From assembly GCF_036321535.1 (NCBI RefSeq), contig NC_087472.1:100938001-101002000 (forward strand): 64,000 nucleotides of DNA, read 5' to 3'. Shown here in pieces: positions 39,824-53,700 of this stretch. Source of the DNA: Camelus dromedarius (Eukaryota). Every line of letters begins with the position of its first letter. The first letter of the stretch is position 1. Below the pieces are notes generated by a model. It did not search any database. It had not been told where the DNA came from and saw only the letters and a list, made by a program, of their open reading frames with translations. The position numbers and the translations under genes are program-made.

Positions 39824-40859
39824 CATACATTATCTCTGAGCCTCATGATTCTCTGCAAGATTCTGTTAGGTCACCTTTTTCCAGATGAAGAAACAGCTTC
39901 AGAGCCTCCTTAGTATCTATTTGCTCCTTCCTCTTTCTAATAGAACCTCCACTGTGTTCAGGTATCCATGTTTCTAGGGCAGTGGGTGCTTATTACTCTT
40001 AGTCAATCAATGTGTGGCCCAATTAGACTACAGGAAAGGACTTAACATCCTGTGGTTTGAGGGTGAGGTTTTTCCCTAAGTATTCTGCTGGCTGAACAAG
40101 GAAGCAAGTATCCTGGTTGCCACTGGCAGCCATTTTGTGACTAGGAAGAAAACCAGCTTTAGGTCAAAGCCTATACACTAAGTAGGGCAGAATTGAAAAA
40201 TAGAAAGAAAGGAAAAAAAAAAAAACCTGGGTTCTTGATGACACCACTGACCTGTTTAATTAAACTAATTCTGCCTTTTCCTTGTGTTTTAAGACAGTTT
40301 GAATTCGAGTTTCTGTTAGATGCCTCCAGAAGCATCCTGCTACAGAGCCCAAATGTGCTACTTATTACGAGTCTCAATAATAAAGTGGTCATCAAGATGT
40401 AAGACATTTTTTCCTGGATATATGTGGGACAAGTCTAGAAGACTAAATTAGCCTTCCAATCATTGTCAGAAAGCATTTATGAAATGCCCATCCGGGCCTA
40501 GACCTCATAATGCAATCAAGATCTAGGAGAAAAACTTGAGAATCAAATCAATTTGTAAATTTGTAGTGTTTGTAGGAAGAGGTCAGCATTAGTTATTCGT
40601 TGGCCCTGCTCAGAGCTTAAATCAGACTGTCAGATCTTACATGTTTTCATTTAAAGATCATACCATTTGGGAAAATGTCATTTTAGAAATGCAAGTCCAG
40701 TATCTCATTTTCAACTATTAAAACCTCTATTCTTGTCCTCCAGGCACTAAGTTTAACCACAAACAATGTAGAAAGAAGAGTAATGTCAGCCTCAAAAGAC
40801 CCTAGAGGGAAAACCACACCAGAATAGAATGCCCTATGAAAGTGGATGGTTGGCAAGAC

Positions 40860-41070
40860 AGGGCTAAAAGACTTGGGAGCCAGATTGCATGTGATCAAAT
40901 GCCAGCTCTAGTTATGTCCTTGGGCAAATTGCTCAGCTTCTCCTCTGTAAAATGGGGATGATGATAATGATGATAGTACTCCCCTCGTAGGTCCATGTGA
41001 ATAACTATTTGTGAAATGCTTAGCAGAGTACCTGGCCCGTGGTAAGGACTTCTTAAGGATTAGCTGCTGT
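40860..41070 (+). mobile_element. MIR
   Basis: ttgggagccagattgc...ccttgggcaaattgctc...ctgtaaaatggggatgatgataat...aaatgcttagcagagtacctggc. Confidence 0.8.
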
Positions 41071-42035
41071 TGAATGGCTCAGTTCTGTGGGGTATAAACT
41101 TGAGGCAGTTTCTTTTTCTTCAATCACTACTTTGAACCGTGTTTTTACAGTAAATTTGCCTCTTCTGTCCCTCACATCTTGGACAGTTTTTGTGACTCAT
41201 AGGTCTTTGCCAGCTAGGAAAAATCAATCCAGTCTAAAACTCGAATGTCGTGTTTGATTTAAATCCCGCCCCCCTTGCCCTTTCTCACCATCATCACCCA
41301 CCAAGCCTGTGGTTCACCACACCTGAAGTGACCAGGGGCTGTGGTGGTCCCTTTTTCATGTCTTCTCCAGTTCCTTGGAGGGCGTGGTCAGTTCCCTCAC
41401 CAAACCTAACTCCCCTGACCACTGGGGTTCGTAGGAGATAGAGGGGAGAAGGAACCATCAGCTCTTCTCTTAACAATCCATGAATATTGTGCTCTGTTTC
41501 CTCTCTTCTCCACACCCCCCATCTTGGCTGTAGCTCACCTCTGTGTAGAGAGCATCTGAATGACAGGTATAAGTCCCCCCTCCAGCCTCTAGCTGTCACT
41601 TCTCCCAGAGAAGCCCTCCTAGACAGGGGCAACAGGAAAAAATCTCTCTCAAAATACTGTTATCCACATGTCAATAATACACAGAAAAGAAGCCAGAATC
41701 TCCCAAGGTCAACTCAATAAATTAGAGCTCCAATAACTCAAAGAGCCCCTCCAACATCCTACAAGGATGTTGCCATGTTTACTGCCTGGGTCTAAATAGT
41801 GGTTACAATGGTTTGAATAGTGCATGATCTTGAGCAAGTTACTCTTTGTGTCTCAGTCTCATCTGTAGAAGGGTAGTATTAACGGGTTGTTTATAAAGAT
41901 TAATTAGGGTTGGATGAATTGCTACATGTAAAGTATTTAAGGCAGTGCTGGTACAAAGAAGCTGATCAATAAATGCTAGCCACTATTAGTATACACCAGG
42001 CATTGTATATACATTACCTCTTTCAATCCTCACAT

Positions 42036-42490
42036 CGACCCTAGTTTGGGTTTCCCTCAAAGTAGACCCTGACACAAGGATTTTTAGTGTATGTAGTTTT
42101 GAAAGTTGATCCCAAGAAACACCAGAAGATGCGTGGGCAAGTGAGACAGGGAAGAGAAGGAAGCCAATAATAGGTGTGTTATCAAGCCAGTTTCTTCTGT
42201 AGGCGACTGGAGCTCAGAGGATTTGCCTGGGAGCTCTGGGAGATGATGTAGAACCATCTCCTCTCCTAGAAGGTGAGGAAGCTGGGGTATTTCTCCACTA
42301 TACTGAAAGCTCTTCCGGGCATTAACTCTTCAGCATTTCCAGTTCTCCACACGTGCAGGTGGAGTGTGCTCCCACAGCCTGGGAAAGAACCCGAGGGTGG
42401 AGAGTCCCAGGTGATCACAATAAGTGGCCTTGGGTAGGTGGAGGTGAGTGCCACATAGACACTGCTGGCGCCACAACAGTATGTCCCCCA
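42036..42490 (-). mobile_element. LTR16-type ERVL solo LTR inserted in a MIR
   Basis: ctagtttgggtttccctcaaagtagaccctgacacaagga...aagtgagacagggaagagaaggaagccaataa; MIR text resumes at ~42500. Confidence 0.7.
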
Positions 42491-43427
42491 ACTGAGAATA
42501 TGATTATGCCCATTTTACAGAACATGTATTTTACAGAATTGCAGCCATCTTAGGAAATGTTCTCCATCCACAGGCTGGCAGCATAAATAGCAGTGAATAT
42601 TAGGGATTTCACATCTGATGAAGGATCTTCTTGGAGAAATTTAAACCTTCGAGGAAGAAGCCTGAAAATTGGCTATTTTGAGGATCCTCTGAGATAACAG
42701 TTACATCTAGAAGCCTCCTTCAACTCCCTCTTCCCTGCCCCACTTTCAGTCCCCAAGGGTGGCCATAGATTCTGTGGTCTACCTTAGTCTAGACGCCCAG
42801 ATCATCTGAGATCAGCGGTTTCCAGGGAGCTGAAGTGTGGCAGTGCTAATAGGTGCTGTTACTGATGTAGAAGAGCTTTTTATTTCAAGAGGAATATCTA
42901 ATAAGATAATGGAGATGTGCTGTCTTTGACTTTGAAAGAAGCGAGGCAGCTAATTTTATAGATAGCAGCAGGAAAATAACACCGAGAATTGGGGCACAAA
43001 ATGGAGAGTAATCCTAGCATCTTTCCATCTGGCCTAAATAATTTCTTAATCCTGAAACCCCTGACCTGATGATTTTAGGGTAGTCCTCCACACCCAGTTT
43101 CCCTTCCTCCCCAACACAGTGCACAATAAATTCTGAAAGAGACTTAAAGTCAGAGGAGCGTGTTAGAAACACTTGTTGTCTCAGATGCCTGTTTCTACTG
43201 AACATTCAGAATTCTACATAATTTTAAAATATCAATAGATTAATTTTTCATGTGTTAATGTCTTAATCCAGATAAAACCATATTTCCCTGGCTAAACAGC
43301 AGTCTATTGATCTTTCTTTAGAAATAATACTAATCAACATTTATAAGTGCTTGCTGTATGCCAGGCATTGTGCTAAACATTTTGCATGGATTATCTCATT
43401 TAATCCTTTCACTACCCCTCTGAAATC

Positions 43428-43994
43428 ATGTTGTGGTTTTAAGATATCCCCACAAAAATTTCCCCTTACTTCTCCCTTCAAAGGGTAGAGCTAAATTCCC
43501 CTCCCCTTGAGCGTGGGCTACACTTAGTGACTCACTTCTAACAAATAAAATATGGCAGAAATAGTGGTCACAGATGGTCATGACCTGTGACTAGGCCATA
43601 AAAGGAGTTGCAGCTTCCTCCTTGCTCTCTCTCTGGAAGATCACTCACTATGGGGGAAGCCAGACACATGTTTGGAGGACACTCTCAAGACGTCCTATAG
43701 AGAGACCGTACGGTGAAGAACTGAAGCCTCTGTCAGCAGCCAGCAAAGAACTGCCAACAGTCACATGAGTGCACCATCTTGGAAGCAGATCCTCCAGCCC
43801 CAGACAAGCCTTCAGGGGACTGCTGCCCTGGCCAACATCCTGACTGTTACCTCGTGCGAGATCCTAAGCCAGAGCCACCAGCTAAGCCACTCCTGAATTC
43901 CCGACCCCTAGAAACTATGAGGTTACAAATGTTTATTGTTATAAGCCACTAAGTTTGGGGATGATTTGTTACTCTGCAGAGGGTAATTAATGCA
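43428..43994 (+). mobile_element. MLT1F-like MaLR LTR inserted in a MIR
   Basis: cctccccttgagcgtgggct...cttagtgactcacttcta...ggaagcagatcctccagccc...aagccactaagtttgggg. Confidence 0.85.
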
Positions 43995-46574
43995 AGTGGA
44001 TCCTATCTCCATATTACAGACAAGGTTTTAGTAATGTGCCCAAGTTTATCCAGGCAGTAGTAGTGGAAACAGCATGCAGACCTAGGTGTCTGACTCCGAA
44101 AGCCTAATCCTTAACCACTAAGCTACCCTCTCTCAGCAACAGAAACCATTTATGTAGTGGTGCTGTGTGCCAGCAACTTTCCTTACGCTGTCTCATTTAG
44201 TCCCACATCTCTGCAAGGAAGACTTTTCTGCCTTTCAGAGGCATCAAAGTAAAGTGACTATCTTATAGGAATAGAATGATAATGATGTGCATGAAGGGAT
44301 ATGAGTGAAGCACTGTTGTCCGTTTCATTTCTGTCCATTGCTTACTTGCTTAGCTCAAGTGTGAGCTGACTTGATAAGCACCTTACTAATATTCTTCCCT
44401 CAAAGGGCTTTGAAAGTTTAAAATGATGCCAAATGATGCCCTTCCCTTGAATATATGCAGATAGACTGAGATGTAATATATAATATATATTATCTTATCT
44501 CAAGATTTTAATTAAAAGTGGAAAAAATAGAAACACACACAGCATTTAATTTGTAAAGGAAACAAATGAGTTCATAGAGTCTAAGTACTAAAAGTAATAA
44601 AATGGCTGTGCTTTCATCTTCTAGTTTTAATATCAGATCTGATTCAATGCAATTTTGCAGACCTTTTTATAAGGTGCCTTGGAATCCTGGGCTAGTTATA
44701 TAAAAACACACACAGTAGAAAACATACTGATCTTGCTTTTTCTCAAATCCTTAAAACAATTCTTGCTTTTAAAAATAGTCTGATACAATAACGAATCATT
44801 AGCATAACATTGGTCTTGTATGTACACTCCTATTTGGTATCTATACAACATAAAATAAAGCAGGGATTAGCATCATTACATCAATAGTTACTGTCATTGG
44901 AAAAGTGGAAACAATCTAATAGGCCTCAACTATCCAGTTTTGTCACCTATATCAATCAATGTATCATATTAATGGCTTTACATGAAAATAAAGATTATGT
45001 CTTATTCTTTTGGTTTTCCCAATGCCTATCATAGGACCTGGTGCTCAGTAAGCCTTTACTAAATGAATCAATCAATTAATAAACTGATCAATGAGTTCCC
45101 ACATCATTTTGTGCTATGTTGATACACAATAGAGGAAAATTAAGGATTCAGACAATTACCCAAAGAATATGCAGTTTTTAAAAAAGAAGAAAAGAAAGAT
45201 GAAGACAAAGGACTAGGTAGAATGATGCTATACCATTTGAAGGAGGCAGGTTGGAATAAAAAGTTACGGGAGCTATGGAATGAACTGGATCTACCTTTTC
45301 AATTGCCTTGAGTCTTGATTTCACTTCTACAAAAGAAATTCTTGACCAACTTTACAGATAAAAATTCAGTATGGCTCCTAACATACTGAAGGAAATGAAA
45401 AAGTACAAAGCTTATTTTATTTATGTCAGCCTTTTTACTACCAAGGGACACAACTATTCAGTTCCACATGTATAACTTTTTATTACATTCTCAAGCAAAG
45501 GCAAAGATGTGATCTGAATCACATTAAATAATATGCATCACAGATCACAATCTTTACAGAGTTTGTTTTTCCAGCAATTTCTTCACTAAATTCTCATAGA
45601 TTTCACTTTTAATATAATGACAAAAGATCAACTCCACCTGATTTCATATATTTGTCAGATATAATTTTTACAAGATAGATTGAAATAAGAAGAAAACTAT
45701 CCACATTTTTAAACAGAACTCAAAATATGCTACTTTGTCTACTGATGTAAGTTACTTTGAAATGTATAAAAAAAATAAGATGGATTGATGGATGGATAGA
45801 GGGATAGATGAATGGGTAGATATGTGGTATATGTGGATATAGGCAAATAAAGTAAAATATTAATTGTAGAATCTGGATGGTGGGTATGTGGATATTAACT
45901 GTGCAATTCTTACAACTTTTAGTATTTTGAAAACTGATTAAAATGTTAGGGAAGATGCTACTTTGATGGAAATATACATGTTGCTTTATGATTTTAAGTT
46001 CAGGATTTCACATAAAGTCATGACAAATCACTGTTAACCTCAGTATTCCAACTTAACTAGGACCAGGTGCACACACACACACACACGACATATATCATTA
46101 ACTTGCATTGCCATGATAATCCCAAAATAGAGACCACTTATTATTCCACACGTCTGTATAAGATTTTCCACTGAATCCACCCACAATCTGCTCCATAGAA
46201 CTTTCCAAAAATTGATTTAAAGCTACCCCAGGCAATATATATTTTTTTCTCATTTATTTTATTTCTTATATTCAGGACTATGCCTATCTGTCTGTTATTC
46301 TGTTCTCCAAACCAGATAGAAATAAGAATTAAATAGAAGAATAAACCTAGCTGAACACATGCATATCCTAGAAAGATGCTCAGTGGGTGCCTGCCTTCAG
46401 TGTACTAAAAGGATAATCTTCCACAAATAAATTATTTTAAAGAATGTTAGCTTCTGAGATATTATAGCTACAAAATTAGAGGGGATAGTTGGGGGGAAAT
46501 GATCATAAAGACAAATAAACAAAACCTTTAAATTTGGGAAATTGGGGTGTAGGGAAGGATCATAAATAATCCCT

Positions 46575-47070
46575 ATGGCAAAGTGTATTTTCCAAAGATG
46601 GCCACAATATCTCTCATTCTGCATGTCCTTCTTACACTCCTCCCATCAAGAGGTGGGAGTCTTTGTCCCCTCCGCTTGAATTTAGGCTGGCTTGTGACTA
46701 TGGTGAGAGGGACATTGTGTGATTTCCAAGACTAGGTAATAAAAGGCAATATAGCTTCTGCTTAATTCTTTGGGGTACTCGTTGTTTTTACCCAGCCACT
46801 CTATTGTGAGGATACCCAAGCCACCCTATATAGGGAGGTCACTATGGAAAAGGACTAACAGCCAGTCCCAACTTAACTATGTACGTGAGTGAGTCACTTT
46901 TGGAAGTGTATCCTCCAGCCCCAGAAGAGCCACTCCAGCTGATGCCACCTGGAACAGAGACAACCAGTCCTCTCTAAGCTCTACTCAATTTGAGATTCAT
47001 GATCAAAGTAAACAATTGGAAGCCACTGCATTTGAGGGTAGTTTGCAGGCAGCAATAGATAGCTGACACA
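46575..47070 (+). mobile_element. MLT1G/H-like MaLR LTR
   Basis: ccaaagatggccacaatatctc...ctcccatcaagaggtgggagtc...gcagcaatagatagctgacaca. Confidence 0.8.
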
Positions 47071-47860
47071 GTGCCTAAGACAAAAACCATGTGAATCTAC
47101 ATGCACTGCCTTCCAAAATCAAGAGAACAACTATATTACTATACTAGCAGAAAACAGAGTTTTTGCAACCAATTGACATATATCAATAATCCAACTATTT
47201 CACTTAAACCAATTTTGTTAGTTTCTCACATATGAAACCTTTTTTTCATGAACATTGCTAGAAAATGGCCAGGTTGGCTTGAGTTCATCCACCCAACAAA
47301 GATTAATGAGAGCCTATGATACAGAAAACACTATACTTATCACAGTGGGGATACACAAATGGAACAGCCAATCATCATAAGCTATGTTTTCCTTATTATT
47401 TCTCTTCCAAACTGAAGAGAAAAATGTGAACATAGTCAAAAAGGAATCATGAGAAAAGAAAGAAAGAAAAATCTGCTACTTTACTGTTTCATAAGCAAGG
47501 CAATCAACTTCTGAAAGCATTGCATAGATGAACCAAATAAAAGCAAAGCCTAAGTTTATTTTCTCACTAATCAATTTCACTAATGTAAAAGATATAACTT
47601 TAAGACTTTGTGGATAGAAAATTTCAATGTGTTTGTTATCTATTCACTGGCTTCCAAGCAAAAGAGCGTCTAACTAAACATACCAATTAAATGGTTGCGA
47701 TATCTTAGCCTCCTTTGGAAACTTTATCCATAATGAATGCATTAACACAAGGCAACTTCAAGGAATAGTGTTGGAATAGTGTTCGTTTTAGGGGCCCCAG
47801 CCTCCCTTTCTGCTCCTTGTTCCAGTGTTCTCCTACCCTCTCCCTTTCAAAAGTAGTTCT

Positions 47861-48137
47861 GGCATAGAAAACAAACTTATGGTTACCAAAGGGGAGAGGA
47901 GGGGAGGGATAAATTATGAGTTTGGGATTAACAGATACACATTACTACATATAAAAAAGCTAAACAACAAGGACCTACTGTATAGCAGAGGGAACTATAT
48001 TCAGTATCTTGTAATAACCTATGAGGGAAAAGAATCTGAAAAAGAATAGACATATATATGTATAAGTGAATCACTTTGCTGTACACCTGAAACATTGTAA
48101 ATGAACTATACTTCAATAAAAAATAAAAATTAAAAAA
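47861..48137 (+). mobile_element. Short LINE-1 3' end
   Basis: catagaaaacaaacttatggttaccaaagggg...ctgtacacctgaaacattgtaaatgaactatacttcaataaaaa. Confidence 0.9.
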
Positions 48138-48949
48138 CCCCACCAAAGTAAGTGAGAAAAACACCTGACAAATTCATTGAAACCAGCCTGTAAATGGCTG
48201 TTAATGTCTTATGTGTAATCCTGGCAGTTTGCATTTTAACAGTGAAGTAACCAATCAATCAATAACATAGAAGCAAAACTTCTCATTATAAAATTCCAAG
48301 ATTTAGTGAGACTACCAGCCTTGTTCACATTAGTCAAAAAATGGGCACAACCCAAACGTCCATCAAATGTGGTCTTTGGACCAGCAGCGCTGGCCTCACT
48401 GAAGAGCTTGTTAGAAATGCAGAACCTCAGTCCCAGACCCACTGAGACAGAATCCACTCTTTGGGTAATCTTTTCTTAGCTGACCAAAAACTCAAAATGT
48501 TTTCAGTTATGTAAAAGTGCAGACATTCATCAGTGTTACAAAACAAAGCAAAGCCAAATCAAGCCATCTTTGTCCCCTTCACTGCTCTTCTAAAATGCAT
48601 GGTGAAGCAAGGTATGGGTACCTGCTGCTTTTAGAATGCAGATCGCACTGTAGGACTGGGGAGCAGGAGAATGGGGGAGATGACTGCTAATGAGTACGTT
48701 GTTTTTTTAAGGGGGGCAAGGGAAATGTTCTGGAATTAGAAAGGGATGATCAATGCACAACTTTGTGAATATACTAAAAACAACTGAATCGTACGATTTA
48801 AACAGGTGAGCATTATGGTATGTGAGTTACTGTATATTTCAATAAAGTTGTTATTTTTAAAAAGTCAGTGAAACAAGCAGGAGAGGCATTTTGTAGAGCT
48901 GGTAATAATAATTTGCAGTGCCTGGAAATTCCACTTAATTCATTTATAC

Positions 48950-49160
48950 CAGGGTTTCTCAACCTCAGCACTATTGACGTTCTGGGCTGAGTGCGGTGCT
49001 GCCCTGTACACTGTAGGATATTTAGCGGCATACCTGGCCTCTACCCACAATGTACCAGTAGCACCCTCCCCCGATTTGTGACAACCAAAACTGCCCCCAG
49101 ATGAGACAGCTATTGCCAAATGTCCCCTGGGGCACAAAATCAGCCCTGCCTGAGAACCAC
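48950..49160 (+). mobile_element. MER20
   Basis: cagggtttctcaacctcagcactattgac...attgccaaatgtcccctggggcacaaaatc...tgagaaccac. Confidence 0.85.
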
Positions 49161-49399
49161 AAACTTGGACATAAAGCCGGCTCCCCCTCCCTTTATGATA
49201 AGGAAACTCTCTTTAAAAAAGAATCTGATTCCCCAGCTTGGAGAAAATTGCTCTTGTTCTTTTCTCAGTGGAGATGGTAAATAAATGGTAAAATTCTTAG
49301 AACAACTTTTCAGATGCCTAAATCCTTTATTTATTAATCAGCTTCAGCTTTTTGCCTGTTCACTTTTGCAACTTTTCCTCATCGTGACAGACACCTTAG

Positions 49400-49761
49400 T
49401 GCACCACACGGAGCCCACTTAAGTGACGGGCTTGTTGTCCCAGCAGCTGGGAGTCCTGTCAGCAGGCAGCCTCGAGGTATTGGCCATTTAAGGAGGTGGC
49501 TTCACTGTGGAGAGCCACCTGGCCCAGGCGGCCTGCATCCAATGACTGATGGATGCGAGGTTATATAGTCCTGGCCATTGGTCCAACCCAGAATAAAGCT
49601 CCAGAACTTTCCGAGCTGGGGTTGGGCCCATATCACTTTTCCCTCCACCCAGTTCTGCTTCCCGTCCCTCCTTTCCACAGGGGTTGACACCAAGGATACT
49701 TCCTAACAAACACCCTGTGCCCATCTCACGGTCTGCTTCCAAGGGAACACAACCTGTGACA
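49400..49761 (+). mobile_element. LTR16-type ERVL solo LTR
   Basis: catccaatgactgatgg...cccagttctgcttcc...tctcacggtctgcttccaagggaacacaacctgtgaca. Confidence 0.75.
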
Positions 49762-51937
49762 AGTCCCAATTCTTATTTTTTCACCAAAAATGTCTCTCAT
49801 TCAGTAGAGACCGTGGAACGTTATAGGAGGAAATGAGGAATGGAAGAGCCTTTATAATTTAGCAAAATACTAGTACAAATAGCTAGCTTTTCCATGAATC
49901 CAAAAAGCTCCATTATAACTAGGCAACTCTGGCTAAGGTAATTACTAAAGTATCACTGCTCTCAGAGGAATCTGCAAATGGAAAAGCCTTTCTAACCTAC
50001 ACCTTCCCTAACAAATGTAATCTAGTGTGGCTATTTCAGGGCTAATGGCCCTTCTATGCCACTAAAATCTTCTTCCTCATGGGAGATATACTGGTCACAG
50101 TGATGTTCCCATTTCTCAACCATCTGCCTACCCAGTGGCCCCAGACTTTATCCAACTTGTCACCAGAAGGAATCCTTATAGCTCTGAAGATAAAAAGCAA
50201 GGACAGCCAAAGTCTGACCATTCTTCTAAAGTACACTAAATTTCTACAATGCAAACTGCTTGCTTCAGTAATGGGAATATAAAGTAGAAACATGGAGGCC
50301 CTGCGCTGTTCCAGAACTGATTAGGGAAGAAAGAAAGTCAATGAAAACATTGGTTGGTAGTAGTAGGAAGGGAAGCAGGTGGGTCATCGCTATGTCCAGC
50401 TAGAGAACCAAGAAGGGGTTGGGAGAGCATTCCAGTCCCCACAAAGTGCTGTCTGTCACAACTCTCCGCAGTCCCCCAGGGCCCCGGCCTGCTCCCAGCC
50501 CCATTCATCGGCCCGTCCCTGACCACCTACCATACTGCACACGTCTGCTCCTGGGCACAGAAGCTTCCATCTGCAGCTGACGCCTAGGAAGTGACCACTA
50601 CTACTCCCCTGCAGTTGGGGCGCGGGGCCGGGAGAAGAGGTGGTTCCACAGGGAGATGGATTCCTGGCATTCCAAATCAGAATCTTCAACACAGTTTTTT
50701 TACAGAAACACTGCTGTCATAAAAGAATGTTTGGGCTCTAGGATTCTGGAGCATTGGTTAAGTGTGTTTTTCTAGCCTGACTCAGGCCCTTAATCAACCT
50801 CTGTAACCCTGTTTCTGAGAGAAAATGCCATCAATTTAAAAATAAACTTTTAGAGCAAAGCCTCTTTGTAAGCTGAAGCCTCTCTCCTCCTTCACCACCT
50901 CCTCCTCCTCCTTTCCTTCTCCCTCTCTTCCTCCTCACATACACACGTATGTATGTATATACAGCAAGCATTAAAGATTCTCACCCTTACAATTTTCTAA
51001 AAATATGAGTTTTAGATAATATGCATTAAATTCCTTCACTCATCAAGCTGTAGCAAATTTCTATAGACAGAATGTATAACAAAGAAAATCTGTGCACAGG
51101 ACGCCCCCAATCCCGCCCCCGCAGTAGTGCGCTCAGATTATACACACAGGTCCTCCGCTTGCCTGGAGCTCTGCTGCTCACCGCCAGGGTGACCCTGAAC
51201 AAGTGACTTCCCCTCCTTGAGTTTTGGTTTCCTCGTAATTGAACCTTCCTTAGATTAGTTAGAACTCAAAAAGGATCAGGTTTTATTACCATGATGAGAC
51301 TACCACTGAAATGACTGCAACCAGGCCTATATTTACTCAGCATCCGAAAGGTTTCTTTGCCTCTATTTCAGATTAAATACGGTTCCAAAAGGTTTCTTTC
51401 AAAATGTCAAATTGGGAAAAGAATTAGTCATAGTTAAACAATTTGAGGGAGCAAGGGTGCCAAACTGACACCATCTGGGAAATCCTCTGTCTATATTTAA
51501 TGTTTAATCTACTCACTTTTTTTTTTTTTTTTTTTTGCTTTGCATTTTGTCCTGTTGAATGCATCCAGTCCTGGTGGTGTCTGTCACTCAGATACCCGAG
51601 TCATAAAATTGTGCAAATCATGGGCGAAACCGTGACCTCACACTCTCTTTCCAGATTTGTGCACTTTGCTTCTTTTGTAACCCACATAAAAGTCAGTACT
51701 TCACATAATCCAGTCTACATACTGAGTGGCATTCAAAGCAACACAGCCCAGCCTCCAAAAGTAACTAAACTTCACTGGAGTCCTGATAGAGCGCCAAGGC
51801 AGGCCTGATTTGCAACTCCCACTGCTAACTTCTAATTCAGTTTTCCCCTTCCTCTCACTTGCAACATCTCTCCCATCATGTAAGTGCCATGAATTTCTCA
51901 ATCCCTCATCCTCTTAATATTTTTTAAAAATCACTCT

Positions 51938-52200
51938 CTTATGGTTACCAGGGGGTATAGGAGGTGGATGGGAAGGGATAAATTGGGAGTTCAAGATTTG
52001 CAGATACTAACTACTATATAAAAAATAGATAAACAACAAGTTTATGCTGCATAGCACAGGGAACTATATTCAATATCTTGTAGTAACCTATAATGAAAAA
52101 GAATATGAAAACAAATATACGTATGCATATATACGATTGAAACATTATGCTGTACACCAGAAATTGACACATTGCAAACTGACTATACTTCAATTAAAAA
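51938..52200 (+). mobile_element. Short LINE-1 3' end
   Basis: L1 3'UTR plus poly(A); exact TSD aaaaatcactct at 51926-51937 and 52201-52212, preceded by TT|AAAA. Confidence 0.92.
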
Positions 52201-52397
52201 AAAAATCACTCTACAACAGCTAACCTATGTAATGTTCTCCTCTTTTGACAGACGCTTCTAGTTCAATCTTCTCTTCTCCCTCCCAGCAGCTCTTATTCCC
52301 TTTTCCAAAGTAATATTAAACCAGTCATGTGCCTTGTAATTCTTCAGCTCTTTGTCTTCATTACAAAGTCAGCCTCAGAATTTTTCACCGGAGGGGT

Positions 52398-52762
52398 ATC
52401 ATGGAAGGAAGTGAGTTACACCAAAATTCATATATTGGAGCCCTGACCCCCAATGTAACTGTATTTGGAGACAGAGCCTTTAAAGAGGTAATTAAGGTTA
52501 AATGGGACCTTTAAGGTTGGTTTTAATCCAATATGACTGGTGTCCTAATAAGAAAAGGAAGAGACCAGGGAGGTGCAAGCACGAAGGAAAGGCCATGTGA
52601 GGACACAGGGAGAAGGCAAGTCAAGGAGAGGGGCCTCGTGAGAAACCAAACGTGCTGACACCTTCATCTTGGACTTTCCAGAACTATGAGAAAATAAATT
52701 TCTGTTGCTTAAGCCACCCAGTCTGGGTTACTTTGTTGTGGCAGCCCCAGCAGACTAATTCA
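52398..52762 (+). mobile_element. MLT1A/MST-like MaLR LTR
   Basis: aaattcatatattggagccctgacccccaatgtaactgtatttggagacag...aagccacccagtctg...gcagccccagcagactaa. Confidence 0.85.
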
Positions 52763-53237
52763 AAGGGCTTAGAGTAACAAATTGGTCTAGGCAACCTTCC
52801 CTAAAGACTGTATGTTTACATCAATACATTGTTTTTATTTAGACTGTTTATTTATTTAAACTAGCTTTGATGAAGATGAGGGTTGACCAGATTATTTGCG
52901 GCATTCAAGCCCCTTCACAAGGCCCCTCTTTCCATGACCAAATCCATTTAAATCCTATCTCATTTACTCTGAGATATTTGAGCACCCTGCTCCACTCTCT
53001 GGCCTAATTGCTCACTGCTCCCCAGCTCTGAAGTCTGCTCAGTCCTAAGCAAGCAAACCTGCCTCCTTTTGACCATGGCCAGTTGGCCTCTATGACTGGA
53101 CCTCAGTGGAGTTCACTGTCCCTCCCCTCCCGCCTCATCTTCATCAAAGAAATGCTCACCTCATCTCCCACGAGACTCAGCAGGCAGTGCGTGTCTGTCC
53201 AGCACTGTGCCCAAACAAGAGAACATACTTCCCTCAC

Positions 53238-53700
53238 TGCATCAGTCTACTAGGTCTGCGGTAACGGAGCACCACAGACTGAGGGGCTTAAACAATAGAA
53301 ATGTATTGTCTTACAGCTCTGGAGGCCAGAGGCCTGAGATCAAGTTGTCGGCAGTTTTGGTTCCTTCTAGGAGCCGTCAGGGAGGAGCTGTTCCAAGCCT
53401 CTTGCCTCCCTAGGCGTCTGCTGGCAATCTTTGGCGTTCCTTGGCTTGTAGATGCATTGCTCCATTTTGTGCCTTCATGTTCATGTGACTTCCTCCCTGT
53501 GTGCATGTCTGTGTCCAACTTTTCCCTTTTATAAGGATAGCAGTCATATTGGATTACTCCAATATGACCTTATCTTAACCAGTTACATCTGCACGGCCCT
53601 GCACGGCCCTATTTCCAAATAAAGTCACATTCTGAGGTACTAGGGGTTAGGGCTTCAACATACGGATTTCGGGGAGGGGGACACAATTCAACCCACAACA
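53238..53700 (-). mobile_element. MLT1C-like MaLR LTR
   Basis: ggcttaaacaatagaaatgtattgtcttacagctctggaggccag...ggggacacaattcaacccacaaca. Confidence 0.85.

Noticed and set aside
53591..53610. Short perfect tandem duplications (gcacggccct x2; also ggaatagtgtt x2 at 47762-47783)
   Set aside because: Ordinary slippage events; not arrays.
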